This document shows positions 42,802 to 55,125 of a DNA stretch of 64,000 nt, in pieces (the first letter of the stretch is position 1; every line of letters begins with the position of its first letter). Made by a program: the position numbers and the translations under genes. The notes below the pieces were generated by a model that saw only the letters and a list, made by a program, of their open reading frames with translations, made no database searches and was not told the origin of the DNA. This stretch comes from Octopus vulgaris (taxonomy: Eukaryota): positions 105,090,001 to 105,154,000 of the forward strand of contig OX597816.1 in assembly GCA_951406725.2 (NCBI GenBank). Reading direction: 5' to 3'.

Positions 42802-43358
42802 GTATTGGAGTTCATCGTTAGCATTGGAGCGGCCAAAGATCTATCCATCTTCATTTTTTTCTTTTTTTATAACTTGAACCTAATTTGTCGAACTAATTCT
42901 TCAGTGCTGACTATACTCAAAATCCTCCCGTGGTCCTGTAGAAGATAACGCCAATACTCCATCATATTTTCCTTTGAAATAATACGGAAGAAGACTTCAA
43001 TGGTGAACTAACAACTCACAGCATTCTGGAAATTTCTTCTGCTACAATACCTTTTGTTATGGCGATTGCTTCTACACAGTTGTTTCGAATCATAGCCATA
43101 TATGCCCTCTAGGAACTGTAACAGCAAATTCCTTCGACTCAAATTCAAAACAGTATTCAAAAAACATTTAAAAATAATAAATTCACAGCTGTTGCAAATA
43201 AAACTATTAACATGTAAGAACAAAGATAGCTGCAAAGAACATGCACACTTTAAACACAGATAGTTTTCAAAGGGTTTCAAACTTAGTAATTCAGAAACAG
43301 ATTCTTTTTTGTTGCTATAATTAGTTCATATTTGAAGAAGAAATGTGTTATAACTCAC

Positions 43359-43512
43359 CCGGTTTAGTAATTTCTGCATAAATGGCGTCAATTTTTTTGT
43401 CCATTTCAATCATCTTCTTCCGAATATTAATGAGCGACATTTTTAGATGTATGCAACTTTTTGATGAAACTAGCGGCAAGCAACATAACAAAAATATAAA
43501 CTTTGAAATCAT
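43359..43512 (-). CDS. Exon 1 of a secreted fibrinogen-related (FReD) protein: signal peptide plus short coiled-coil neck
   Basis: ATG at 43512 reads MISKFIFLLCCLPLVSSKSCIHLKMSLINIRKKMIEMDKKIDAIYAEITKP plus one base (154 nt, phase 1), then a consensus donor GTGAGT. Hydrophobic N-terminus. The phase matches the acceptor at 38310/38311. Not in the ORF track; translated by hand. Confidence 0.85.
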
Positions 43513-43578
43513 GGTGTTTATAGAATGAACAGCAAAAAATTAAAGCGAGAAAAGTATTTGCTCCTCCAGAAAGCACAG

Positions 43579-43588
43579 TATTTATATA
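43579..43588 (-). promoter_or_regulatory. TATA box of the FReD gene
   Basis: TATATAAATA on the minus strand about 70 nt upstream of the ATG at 43512. Confidence 0.6.
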
Positions 43589-44699
43589 AAGAAAAATATC
43601 AGTCCTGTCCTTACTTCAACCTCTTTTTGACAACTTAAAAATATACCATATGACGTAAATATTTATACAGATGGTGTGTGTGCGCGCGCTTTGTTTTTCT
43701 TTATGTTTTTTAACGTGTTTATATAGATGCAAAATCATGCTTATCATTTTCCTCAAGCTGCAGGATTTCCGCCACTTGTAACCAGCAAAGGCCAATTATG
43801 TTGTCGGTGGATGAGTCTGCACTTGGGTTTCGATTCCCGACTGTCGCAAATTTTCTTCGTTAATACCTTTGGGAAAGACGTGAATACCAAGGAGATGATA
43901 GAACCTCTATATAGTCTTTTATCGTGCTAGAAATAGCAGCGGAATCTCCTTCACATTACACTCAGCTATCTTTTACATAAATAATCCTACACACACAACG
44001 CCTGCATAAAAGGATTTGATAGTCGAGGATAGTCGAAGTACTTGTGAACTTTGAATCTGTACATTTATCGATTGTGTTACAGAATCATATCTATCTCTCA
44101 CCAGAAAGAATACTTTTTTGTTGATCTTACCTTAACGGAAAAGTAAACATTGTATGTATGTGTGTGTGTGAGTAAGATGTATGCACTAGCTATATATGCA
44201 TATATATAGTCACATCTGGAACGACCTTGATCATAAATATCTGCTCGATCAAGACACTATTGGAGATATGTCGCCAGTTTAACACTTCAAATCACAGTCC
44301 GGCCTTTGAGTACCTTTAGGTGACCCCTACTCCATTCAGACCAGTTCTCCAGTTTGAGAATAACCCCAGAATGATATTCTTTCGTCTTCTTCTTTCCTCA
44401 TTCTTGAAAGCCTTGAAAAAGTTTAAGGACGATGCCAGTTTTTTTCTGACTAATCCATAATGCATTTGATAGAGCAACAAAACTGTTTAGGAATGCTCAC
44501 TCACTGGAAGTTTGCTTCATTTTTATTCAATGGTTCTTACCGAAGTAAATAAAAAATAAATGAACCCCCCCCCCCCCCGATCATCACAATCACCACCGGA
44601 ACAATAAAAATAACAAACAAATTAAAATCCAATAAACAGTCTCCTCTCTTTATTATTGATTTGTTAAGGCCGTTATTACTTCTGCGATACAGCTGCTCG

Positions 44700-44968
44700 G
44701 TCCACAAAGGGTAACGTTCTCCAATTTGCCAAAAGAAACTTGTATATGTGTTTGGATTTGCTGAAAAGTTCTAATCTGGAATTCAGCAGTGCGGTGAAAT
44801 TTATAGATCTAATAAGGACATGCGATCTAAAAAAACTGGAAGATCGCATATCTTTTTTTTTTTATGAATTACACCGCACTGCTGAATTCCTGATCATGGA
44901 TTTTCAGCAAATACCAGCAAACGGATAAGTTTCTTTTGGTGAACTGAAGAACACCACCCTTTACAGAC
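44700..44968. repeat. ~130-bp-arm diverged foldback
   Basis: Perfect 19-bp core 44778-44796 / 44872-44890, plus ccaaaagaaactt / aagtttcttttgg and atgcgatct / agatcgcat. Confidence 0.85.
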
Positions 44969-45271
44969 AACTCTAATTCTTCTCCTTTTTCTTTTTTACT
45001 TTGTTTTTTTTTTCGTTTTTCACCATTCCACTTTTTCAAGACATTTCATCTCGTTTTTTTCTCATGATTTCTCTTATTCTAGATGTCCTAATTTGTAACT
45101 TGTATAGGCCATATGACAGAGCCTAAGATTACTTGGATACACTAAGCGTCTCTTTGTTCATAGAGAGAAAAGCAGTCCGTTCAACTGTCAACCATTTTTT
45201 TTACCAGGCTTGTTATAAAAAATATAGGAAATAGTATTCATTATCCGGGAGAATGAATAGTTCTCCATACA

Positions 45272-45436
45272 AATGTATGTATGTGTGTATGTGTGTATAT
45301 GTGTATGTGTGTATGTGTGTGTGTGTATGTATGTATGTATGTATGTATGTATGTATGTATGTATGTATGTATGTATGTATGTATGTATGTATGTATGTAT
45401 GTGTGTATGTGTATGTGTGTGTGTGTGTATGTATGT
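45272..45436. repeat. (TATG)n/(TG)n microsatellite
   Basis: Direct inspection. Confidence 0.93.
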
Positions 45437-47389
45437 AAGTAATTAGGCATGTATGTATGATGAAAATTATGGAAGTCGGCTCAAATATTCCGGCCACCGC
45501 TGGCATTCCTTTAGAGAAACGGTGTGGATGGGCTGAATGTCGTGAGATGAACATGCAGTCATCAGAAACGTGCGAGTGCTGGCATCTGCGAGCGACCATC
45601 ACAGTGTTTATAACAGTTACTGATACACCGCATCACTCTGACACTGCGTGTAGCTGACCATCTAAAGGAAGCAACGCTGTGGCACACACAAAGCTCTGGG
45701 CCCAGCCATGCATGCACCGTCGACTAATGCCTGAGTCTGCGGTATGAACGAACCACTAAAACTGACTTTTCGATAATGCTTATTCTCTTCTAAGCTTCAT
45801 ACACGAACAAATATTTTATTAAGTGACGCAAACATGGCTGCCTGGTTAAGAATTAAGCTTTCAAACGCGATTTTGGTTTCGACCCCTCTAAACATCACCT
45901 TGCCAAGTGACATATTATAATTCCAAGTTGAACAAAGCTTTATAGGGTAAATTTGGCTGGAGGATATATCTGATATATCCATCATATATATCAGTCTTGT
46001 TATTGAATGGTAAACTAAATAAGTTGCCCTGTTTAATACTTCAGCTGTTCCGTCGAGGTCTTTAATAAAGCAGTTTCTTTTCCAAGCATTCAAGCCAGAT
46101 CTTCAGTCAGAAGATAACTTCCTACCCTAGTCCTACGAATAACGGAAGTTTCAATAAAATGTCAGTAGTTACTTTTACTCCTCCAACTGAGCTGTAAAAT
46201 ATCGAATAAATAGGTATCGAAATCAGTTGCCCAGACATAGGATCGCAACCGCTAATCAGACCAAAATTAATTCACTGATAATATAATACTTGCATTCAGA
46301 GTAGATGTATTTATTTAAACTCCAATTATTTTGGAAATAACTTCCCATAAGTTATGAAAGGTATGAGGGCTGTCATAGTTGTACTGTTTCTACTTCGTGG
46401 ATTTTCACCTCTCGCGCGGGGTTTTGGAACGTAACACTCGCGATAGTCGAGGGATTACTGCATATTTGTTGGATGAGGTTGTAGTTAGTTGAATCAAGTA
46501 CAGTACAATGCTGGTTTCTTTTTTTACCGACAACAAATGGAGGAGTGACAACTGACTTCGATGGATTTCGAACTCAAATAACCGATTACTACTGTTAAGT
46601 AATTTAATCCAGCACTTCTCGCTTCGTGTCTATAATGGTGGAGTAACAGGTCTAAAGCAAAATAGACAACAATGTAGAAATATTATTATATTTAAAGTAA
46701 AATAATAAATTGATTGCTTAGAATTTTACTTTTGCAGGCTTTTTCCCTTTATAGATGACAATAACTAACATGTTTGGTGCAAATTGTTGTTTGTATTGTC
46801 TGCACATAATTTCTGTCAAGTAACGCCCATCCTATTGTTTTATTGTCTGTCATAGTATTCAGTTTTAATAATTTCTCTTTAATACACATTGTGTATTATT
46901 TACTCATGATCTATTCGACAAATGTTCATTGTGATTAAACGAAGAAAATTTATTTTAAAAACATAAGTTTATTCAATAGAAAATTAAACAGGAAAGCCTC
47001 GCATTGTTTATTCAAAATATATTAAACGCATTATCAGCATAATTTGTTCTGGTTATTACTGTATTCTTATTATTTTGTCAACTGTTCTAAAGATTCACAT
47101 TTTAAAAACGAATTTGTATAAACATTAGTGTATATAACGCGCATCATCTGTCTTTGAAGCCATTGTTGTTAGTGAGTTCAACGTTCACAACTCCACTTTG
47201 CTATCACATTCATCCCATATTGATGACGTAGAGAGTGAATCGTTTGAAATCATCAGCTCTTCATTTTAATTAGTCCCATTACCTGCACACATCTTTGAAC
47301 GACACAGAGACACATCGAATGCCTTTAATCGCTTTATCAACTCTAGACCTTCTAATAAGCTATCGCCGTCTCTGAACCTATTGGCTCAA

Positions 47390-47770
47390 CTAACTAGAAA
47401 TAGCAGTCAACTCTCAGATAACACGCTAACATCTAAATCAAAGAAAAATGCACCGGACAGTATAATCCTTGATATTAAAAAGATAAGATGGCCTTAATTG
47501 GAATGTTTTAATTATGTCTACTGGGCGACAACTGACCTGGGTTTAAATGACAATACCTATGACCCCGAGACAATGAAGAGGCGTCTCTTGCTCGGTTTGC
47601 TAAACATAGCAGCTAAATAACTTTCAAATATCGCTTTTGCAGTCTTTTAAAAAAAACACATTAGTCCTAGATATATGTTTGAAAATAAAACTGAGCAGTG
47701 GGTAAAGCTGGAACGCCTTTTATCATAATTCTGCTCAGTCAGAACTGACCAAGAGCTAAACAAAAATAAC
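47390..47770 (+). repeat. Repeat family 3 tandem dimer
   Basis: atagcag...ggaatg / ggaacgcctt...actgacc...taaa occurs twice. Confidence 0.55.
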
Positions 47771-48929
47771 AACCGACTATGACCAACCAGCCAGTATACT
47801 AAATCCACTCAACTAGCGAACATTAAGTCCTAAACCTATGAAATTTAACGTCTTGAATCTAACTGACGAGCGACTAAACATCTGACTTCTAGCCAAACAT
47901 TTCAACCTAATCACTTCTCATTAGTTGACAATAAAGTATTTGAGCCAAAGTAAGCAATCAACCAAATGCACTTAGATAGCCAACAATGTTTACTCCATCC
48001 AACTTTCCTGTTTATTTCATTTCCTTTACTATTTATTTCATCTTTTATCTTGTAATTAAATTCAATACAGACATATCCTACGACTTTCATTTGTGTTTGA
48101 ATGTGAGAAATTGGATGATAATAAATCTAGTGAAATAACACTGCTTGATTAAGAGAGTTAGCAACTTTCATGTCTTCCATATTCTGACTAAAAATGACAA
48201 TGAATGGAAATATTTTTGCTTTATCTTCGAATAGGAAGGGCATGAAGAAGAATAAACAAGAATATTATTTCCCATGAATTCGACACAAGCTAATCTAAAG
48301 ATAGTTTTCAGTGGTGCAACAATGCTGATAGTAATTGACAATTTCTTACACTGAATGTATCAAAAATGTTAGCATAATATTTTGAAGACATATTTGTGGT
48401 GAAACAGAAAAAAAATTACATCACAACCAAATAATTTCTGTTTCGAAGCTTAAACTTCAGAATATCAAAAACAGATACTTTTCAAAATGGAAAGTCAGTT
48501 GGCTCATTTTTTGTGCATGTTAAGAAATGCATGATTAAAAGATACGAAGTAACGAAGTCCTAGGGATTAAAGTTAGTGTTTAAAGTACTGCTTTTTTTCT
48601 CTCTCTCTGTTTTCAAAACAAATTGAACCTGAACTAGAGGTTTTTTCAGTCACAGAATCCGAAAATGACATCCATTTATTACTATTACGTCAAGATTTTT
48701 AAGATACAGGATCCATAAAATTTCATAGTTTTGGGGGGTTTTTTTTTAATGTAACAGCTTATGAAAAAGAAGGCATAACATACAAACACACACAGAGTTT
48801 GGTTTTTCTGTAAAACCAGAATATTTCTTCTTAATTCTACTGAAAAACTAGTAAAAACCTGAAATTTTTTTACAGACAAATTACGTCATTTTTTTATGCC
48901 TAATTTCCCATGAGTTTGCGTTCGGATGA

Positions 48930-49740
48930 TTTACTTGAGCGCTGAACCTCAAGAAAATCACAAGCTATATTCCAGCAATAGTTCCCCATCATATGCAAGA
49001 CTCATCTTCCTTGTTCCATTGATTTTATGTCCTGGTGGAAACGTTCTCCCTGCTCTTATGCCAAGATTTTTTGGCAATTTATCAAGGTAACCGTGGGGAT
49101 AGTGCAGCTTTACGCTTATATCTTATCCTAACTTTTGGAGGCTCTCTAGCATGTTGTCGACTATTTCGCCATAACTGACTGCTTTCTTGTTGCCCAGACA
49201 GCTATTTACAACAATTACAAATGAATTTGATGTTGCTGCTTCAATGCACTTCATCGAATTTACAAAGTCCCTATCTTCCATCAATTTTCTGATTTCAGGC
49301 CCATTAAATATTTCAACTTCTGTTCAAACCGAGGAATATGCTGCAGATATAGTAAAAGCATGATCATCTTACCCAGAGCTTTAACAAACAGCTTCATAGT
49401 GCCAAGTTCGATATGGAGTGGATGTATAATGATTTTTTCCGGTTGAACTAAAGGCTCTACAATCACATTAAAAGACCCTGAAACCAATGTTCGCTACGTC
49501 CATTCTTTGATCATCCAATGTTTTTTCCTGCTTCTGCTGTCCCACATATATAAAATGAACAAGTATTTTACAGGTTAGCAAAGCATTTTTCCCAAAAATA
49601 AACAAAATGGCGAAAATTGTTGGTGTTGAGTATCTTGAAATCTAGACTTGATAGAATACGGATTCCATTTTTGGATTCAGCATATCAAAAATCATTTAAG
49701 TAAAAACGTCCTGACAAGAAAATACCTCTAGAATGGTGTT
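48930..49740 (-). mobile_element. Decayed DNA transposon, Chapaev3-like (CMC) transposase C-terminal half
   Basis: Minus strand: LYMWDSRS, IIIHPLHIELGTMKLFVKAL, LGNKKAVSYGEIV, KLHY, NLG..AGRTFPPGHK (frameshifted GERFHQDIK). Superfamily assignment is from recall. Confidence 0.6.
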
Positions 49741-50662
49741 ATTGAAATTTGGTAAATTTTTTTAATTACGTTTTATTTCTTTCGAATGGGAGTGAAGCTG
49801 CAATTTCACAATGTTTGAATAATATTTTAAACACCAGATGCACTATCTGTCTTTTTTTATAGCTAGTCTTTTTTCAATTAGTTCTAAACTTGATTAAGCC
49901 CGCTTTAGTTTTTTTGCGACTTGTTTTGCTTTGGCTTTTGGTGAGGGGGGGTGCTTTTTTTCTTCTTGCATTATTACAGTTTAGTGTTCACCACCCTCCT
50001 GGATTTTATTTCCGCATAACATTTTAAAACGCGCATATTTTTGCATGTTCAAAGGAATTGCATCTTCCATTTTTTTGTTGTACTTTTTACATCACGGATT
50101 TAGTTGCCCAGGAGTGAAGTGGTTCGCTCAGATTTCAAACCTATTTTTTTAAAGAGATTAATTCTGAGCTTTGTTTTTTTACACAAAAAACACAGCTTAC
50201 AGTAATCTTTGAACCTCAAGCACAAATTATGAAAAGCCTGCGCGAATTCTAAATTAAGAATATATTATCCGTTTAGTCTGGGGAGTCATAATTGTCTTAA
50301 TGCCTTATTATCTGACACGCTCAACGGTTCGATTTCCACTCATGTATTATCTATATTTTTTTTATATTTTTTTCTTCCAAAATTTTCGTTGCTTTTGCAA
50401 CCTTGTCAATAGATATTAACTCTTTCCGTAATTGGAGCTACTTTCTGTTTTTTTGTCTCTTTGGGAGCAGTATACATGTGTACTTGTGTATGCATATATG
50501 CATGTGTGTATATGCATATATGTATGTATGCGTGTAGATATATATATATATATATATGTTTTTTATTTCATTTGATACATATATCCTCTCACCTCTGCTA
50601 CTAGCTGGCATATACAGGTGCTTATACTTATCAAGTATTCACCCTGAATTTATTGTACCTAC

Positions 50663-50738
<76 letters not shown>

Positions 50739-51224
50739 GTATTTATGTATTCTGCATATTGATGTTTGTGTGCGTGTTTGTGTGTTTTATGTGTGTGTGT
50801 GTGTATTTGTGTGTGCACCTCTGTCTCCTTGAATGTGCCTGTTTGAGAGCGTCTATATGTATGGGTTTGTGTGACTATGTACGTGCGTCTGTTATGTATG
50901 AACGTGTGTCTCCAAATGTATCTTTGCGTTTATGCGTGTGTGGAATGCATATACGTACATGGTCATGTATTTCTGTCTCCTTGTGTGTGTGTGTGTGTGT
51001 GTGTGTGTATTTGCCTACATAATAGCCTACTAACAAATGTACCTATGTATGTATATTCTGTGGGTATTGGGATATCACTACCTTCTACGAGTATTTCCAA
51101 TATAGTATGTGGGGCTTTTCATTTGTGAGGACGTACTCCTGTATTTGTCTTTTAATTTGGTATCTTTTAATCTATTGGAAATGCAGTATATTCAAAGATG
51201 ATTCAAGTATAACATTCCAGTAAT

Positions 51225-51272
<48 letters not shown>

Positions 51273-51309
51273 ATTATTATCAACATCATCATCATCATCA
51301 TCATCATCT

Positions 51310-51672
51310 ATATTCAAATTGCTGCGGTCAACTTTGTCTTTCATTCTTTCGGGCTCGGTGAAATAAGTACCAGTGAAACACTGGGGTCGATGTAATAAAC
51401 TTGTCCCATCCCCCAAAATTTCAAGCCGTGTGCCTCTAGCAGAAAGTAGTAGTAGTAGTAGTAGTAGTTGTTGTAGTATTTCTACTACATCTCAAGGCCT
51501 GACATTCTGAGGGGGTGCTGTTCAATTACATAAAATCCTGAACAAGACTGGTACTTATTTCATCGACCCGAAAGGACGAAAGGCAAAGTTGACCTCTGCG
51601 GAATTTGAACTCAAAATGTAAAGAGCAGGAAGAAATGCCGTTAAGCATTTTTTCCGACATGCTAACGATTCT
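51310..51672. mobile_element. Tail-to-tail pair of SINE family 1 copies separated by (AGT)n
   Basis: Plus copy ~51310-51445 and minus copy ~51490-51672. Confidence 0.75.
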
Positions 51673-53401
51673 CCGATGAAAACATTCAAAAGATTTCAGA
51701 AATAATTCATTGGCATGAGTCAAACAATTATCATTGTGGATGTTATCGTCATCGTCGCTTTAGCGTTTGTGGAATGATTGGCTCTATCACAGCTAAACAA
51801 CATGACATGTTGAATAGATTTGTAATACTGAATATCAACTTATCAAAATATTCTATGCTTAGGGAGCAGAAGTGAAACGTATGCTTCAAAATCTCAGGCA
51901 AATCTATAGATTGACAGACTTTTCCAATCTCGACTGGGAGAGGTTTATGAAAAGAAAACCATGGATTTGGAGAGGAATGTGGATTAAATGAATTTATTTT
52001 AATTTTGCAAGTTTAAAAGTGCATAATAAATAAAGTATGCAAAGAGAACAAAGGATTAGTTTCGCCTAACTGATTTGGATTGCCAGTCTTTGAGAGGCGC
52101 CATCTATAATTTATGTTATCGGTTGTTTCAATGAACATTTGGATACAAAAACTATTCTTGAATATTTAATGAAAAACAAGTTTCGAATTGAAATGCATAA
52201 TAAAATATTAAATGTTCTCTTTCTGTATTGTTGATTTTCTTTATTTCATTGCTTAAAATTCTAGTGAATGATAATCGAAAACTCTACAGATGGTAAATAA
52301 AATATTTACAACGTGGAAAAATATTTTTAAAGAATTTTATTGATCAAATATTTAGGGTAGAGGAAACGGAAAGCAGACCACAACATACCTTTATTTATTT
52401 TTTCGTTGTTGGTTTTTATATCTGTTCTTTAAAAAACTCATAATATAAAATGAAATACGGATTCATAACTTGACATGTTAAGTTCTTTTTCCTAAGTTAA
52501 TAGGTATTTGATTAAACTTATTATCTAGTAGTCAGACGTACTAATTTATAACAGAACAAATAATGATAATGATAGATCTCCCAACAAGGTAAATCGGCTT
52601 TGAACTCATCGTCTGCATAGAAAAGTAGATAGCAGAATCTCTTGGAATGTCTAATGCTTGCTTTACAATTGAAAGTTCCTATATGCCTAGTTTTGATTCT
52701 ACATACAATATGAGATTGAACTTCGCCATGTAAATTGTTTTATTATTGAAATGTGAACGTATGATATTCATTATTGCATCTTACATTTTTTATACGTAGG
52801 CTTAAAGATTCTTTACTTTAGGAAGAGAGTAACATATCTTTCTTAAGAGCGTTAATTGCATAAATGCAGTTAAATTACCTTTAACGAGACTCGAAATTTC
52901 ATTTCGAACTCGAGTTACTTGATACAAAATTGATTTCTGTTTCACCGTACACGAATTTATTTTATTATATCATAATGAATGATATAATACAATTTAAGAC
53001 ATCCGTATCTTTTTCAATAATGTTATAGAAATCTAAGATGACATCGCTTTAACAAGGCATAAAAATTAGAGGTCATAACGTCACGAACATCAATTTTACA
53101 TAGACAAACTTCAAGGTTATCTTACACCTAAATACTTTCTCAATGTACCCACAAACCAAACTAGTCTCTACACTGTATTAGATCGCAATCAAACCACCCA
53201 AATAACATCACTAGAAACTTATGTGTATGTATATATATAAATATACAAAGTATGGAGTTTAATTCACAGGTACGCTAGGTAAGTGCTTTACCTTTCATCG
53301 TTTCGGGGTCATTAAAATAAGTACCAGTTGCGTGCTGGGGTCGAACTCATCGACTTGCCCTCTCGCCATAAATTTCAGGCCTTGTGTCTATAGTAAAAAG
53401 G

Positions 53402-55125
53402 ATATTTATTATTATTTTATTGTCTTTGCACAGCTTCTAACGCTGGAGATGTACTACGGTGTCAGCTGCTCACTACCAGTGAACTAATGTAACACCCCTT
53501 ATTTTTCGAGCACCACCTGGAGTATTCGATCGGTCCCAAGCATGTACTTCTCAAGATTTTTACTTACTGTTCCCAAGGCTCCGACAATTATTTGTACTAC
53601 TACTAGGTTTTTTTCAGCGACCACAACTGCTTAACCTCCCAAGATAACTTGATATATATCTATCAAATTCTCTTTCTTCCTTATCGCATACCTTGTTGTC
53701 GGCTGGGCTTGCTATATCTATGATCCAGCATCGTTTGCTTTCTTTCTCAATTAACACAATGTCTGGTTTCCTATTCTCTGTCTCATGGTCGCACTGAGTC
53801 ATAAAATCCCATAGGATCTTTGCATTATCATTTTCGATGATGCCTTCGGGTTTATGTTCGTACCACTTTTTTGCTCTGTCAAGTCCACACTTGTAGCAAA
53901 ATGTTTAATGGACAATCCTTGCTATATTGTCATGACGTTTTTTATATCCTTTCTTGGCTAGTGGCGTATATTGACTGGTAATGTGCCATACAGTTTCATC
54001 ATTTTGTCCACAAATTCTGCACTTATCATTTTCTGATGTGTTGCCTATTCTGTATTTGATGTAATTGGTTCTTAATGCTTGCTCTTGGGCATCACAGATT
54101 AGAGCTTCCGTTTCCGGTTTTAAATCACTTTTAGTTATCCATAATCATCTTTTTTTCTTCAACACCCCTATGGAATTGTCCATGCATTCTCTTCTTTATC
54201 CACCTATTTTCAGTTCATTCATTTTCAAGTGCTTATACAAGTGCTTTTTGCAATCTTCCATCCTACACAAGCCTGACCTCCTTACTTCCAACAACAGCGG
54301 TTCTGTGGCATTTTTTTTACATACCATGCTATACTGTTTTCTTCTAGTCTAATGCTGAGTTCGCATCCAATCAGTCCTCTTCCCTCTCTTTTTTGGTACA
54401 TATCGTCTGTCTGTGTCACTTTTTGGATGGAGTATCCCACATCTAGTCAGCAATTTCCTTGTCTTTCTGTCTAAGCTGTCCATGCGATTATCCCTGCTCT
54501 ATATCTAAGGAGTGAAACCGCCTAGGTATTGATAGCTTCAATCTTATTCCGTCCATTTAATTTCGACTTTAGGATCACTCTCAGTCTACACAAGTATTCC
54601 ACCTTAAATTTTTCTGTCATTTCTTCTTCCATCAATTTATCTACTCCAAATATCCCCGTCTCTTCTATCTGCTTCTTAACCTCCCTGACGGTATCGCTAG
54701 CCCATTCATACATTTGATTTTGCCTCTCTTCAAGACTAACACACCACACTTTTTCAGTCCAAACTCCATTCTGATATCAGCACTGAAAGTATACACCGTA
54801 TCAACGAGAGAACTGACTTGGGATTCATCTTTACCTTAAAGTTTGAGGTCATCCATGCTTTCCTCCGAATCAGTGTTAGTCGTATCAAGCAGAGTACAAA
54901 GATTAGTGGAGACAGGTAGTCCCCTTGGAAGGTACCTCTCCTGATTTCTATTGTCCCTAAACTTCTTCTGTATGCTGTCAGTTCCGTCTTCCCAAGTAAT
55001 CGCTCAACATTCGATGCAATATCAATAGGTCCATACATTCCATAATCCAAGAATGTGGGACAATATCGTGCGCCTTACGATAGTCGATCCATGACCTGGC
55101 TAAGTTATTTTTCTTCCTCTTACAG
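53402..55125 (-). mobile_element. 5'-truncated R4/Dong-like non-LTR retrotransposon (RT, CCHC finger, restriction-like endonuclease)
   Basis: WIDYRKAHDIVPHSWI, RRGTFQGDYLSPLIFVL, LKSKLNGRNKIEAINT, CRICGQNDETVWHI, RHDNIA, ILWDF, RKPDIVL and DIASP. The 3' end abuts a short (TAA)-like run. Confidence 0.88.

Noticed and set aside
43760-43770. NF-kB-like (GGATTTCC) and CRE-like (TGACGTAA, ~43651) sites upstream of the FReD gene
   Set aside because: Short imperfect matches expected by chance; unsupported without conservation data.
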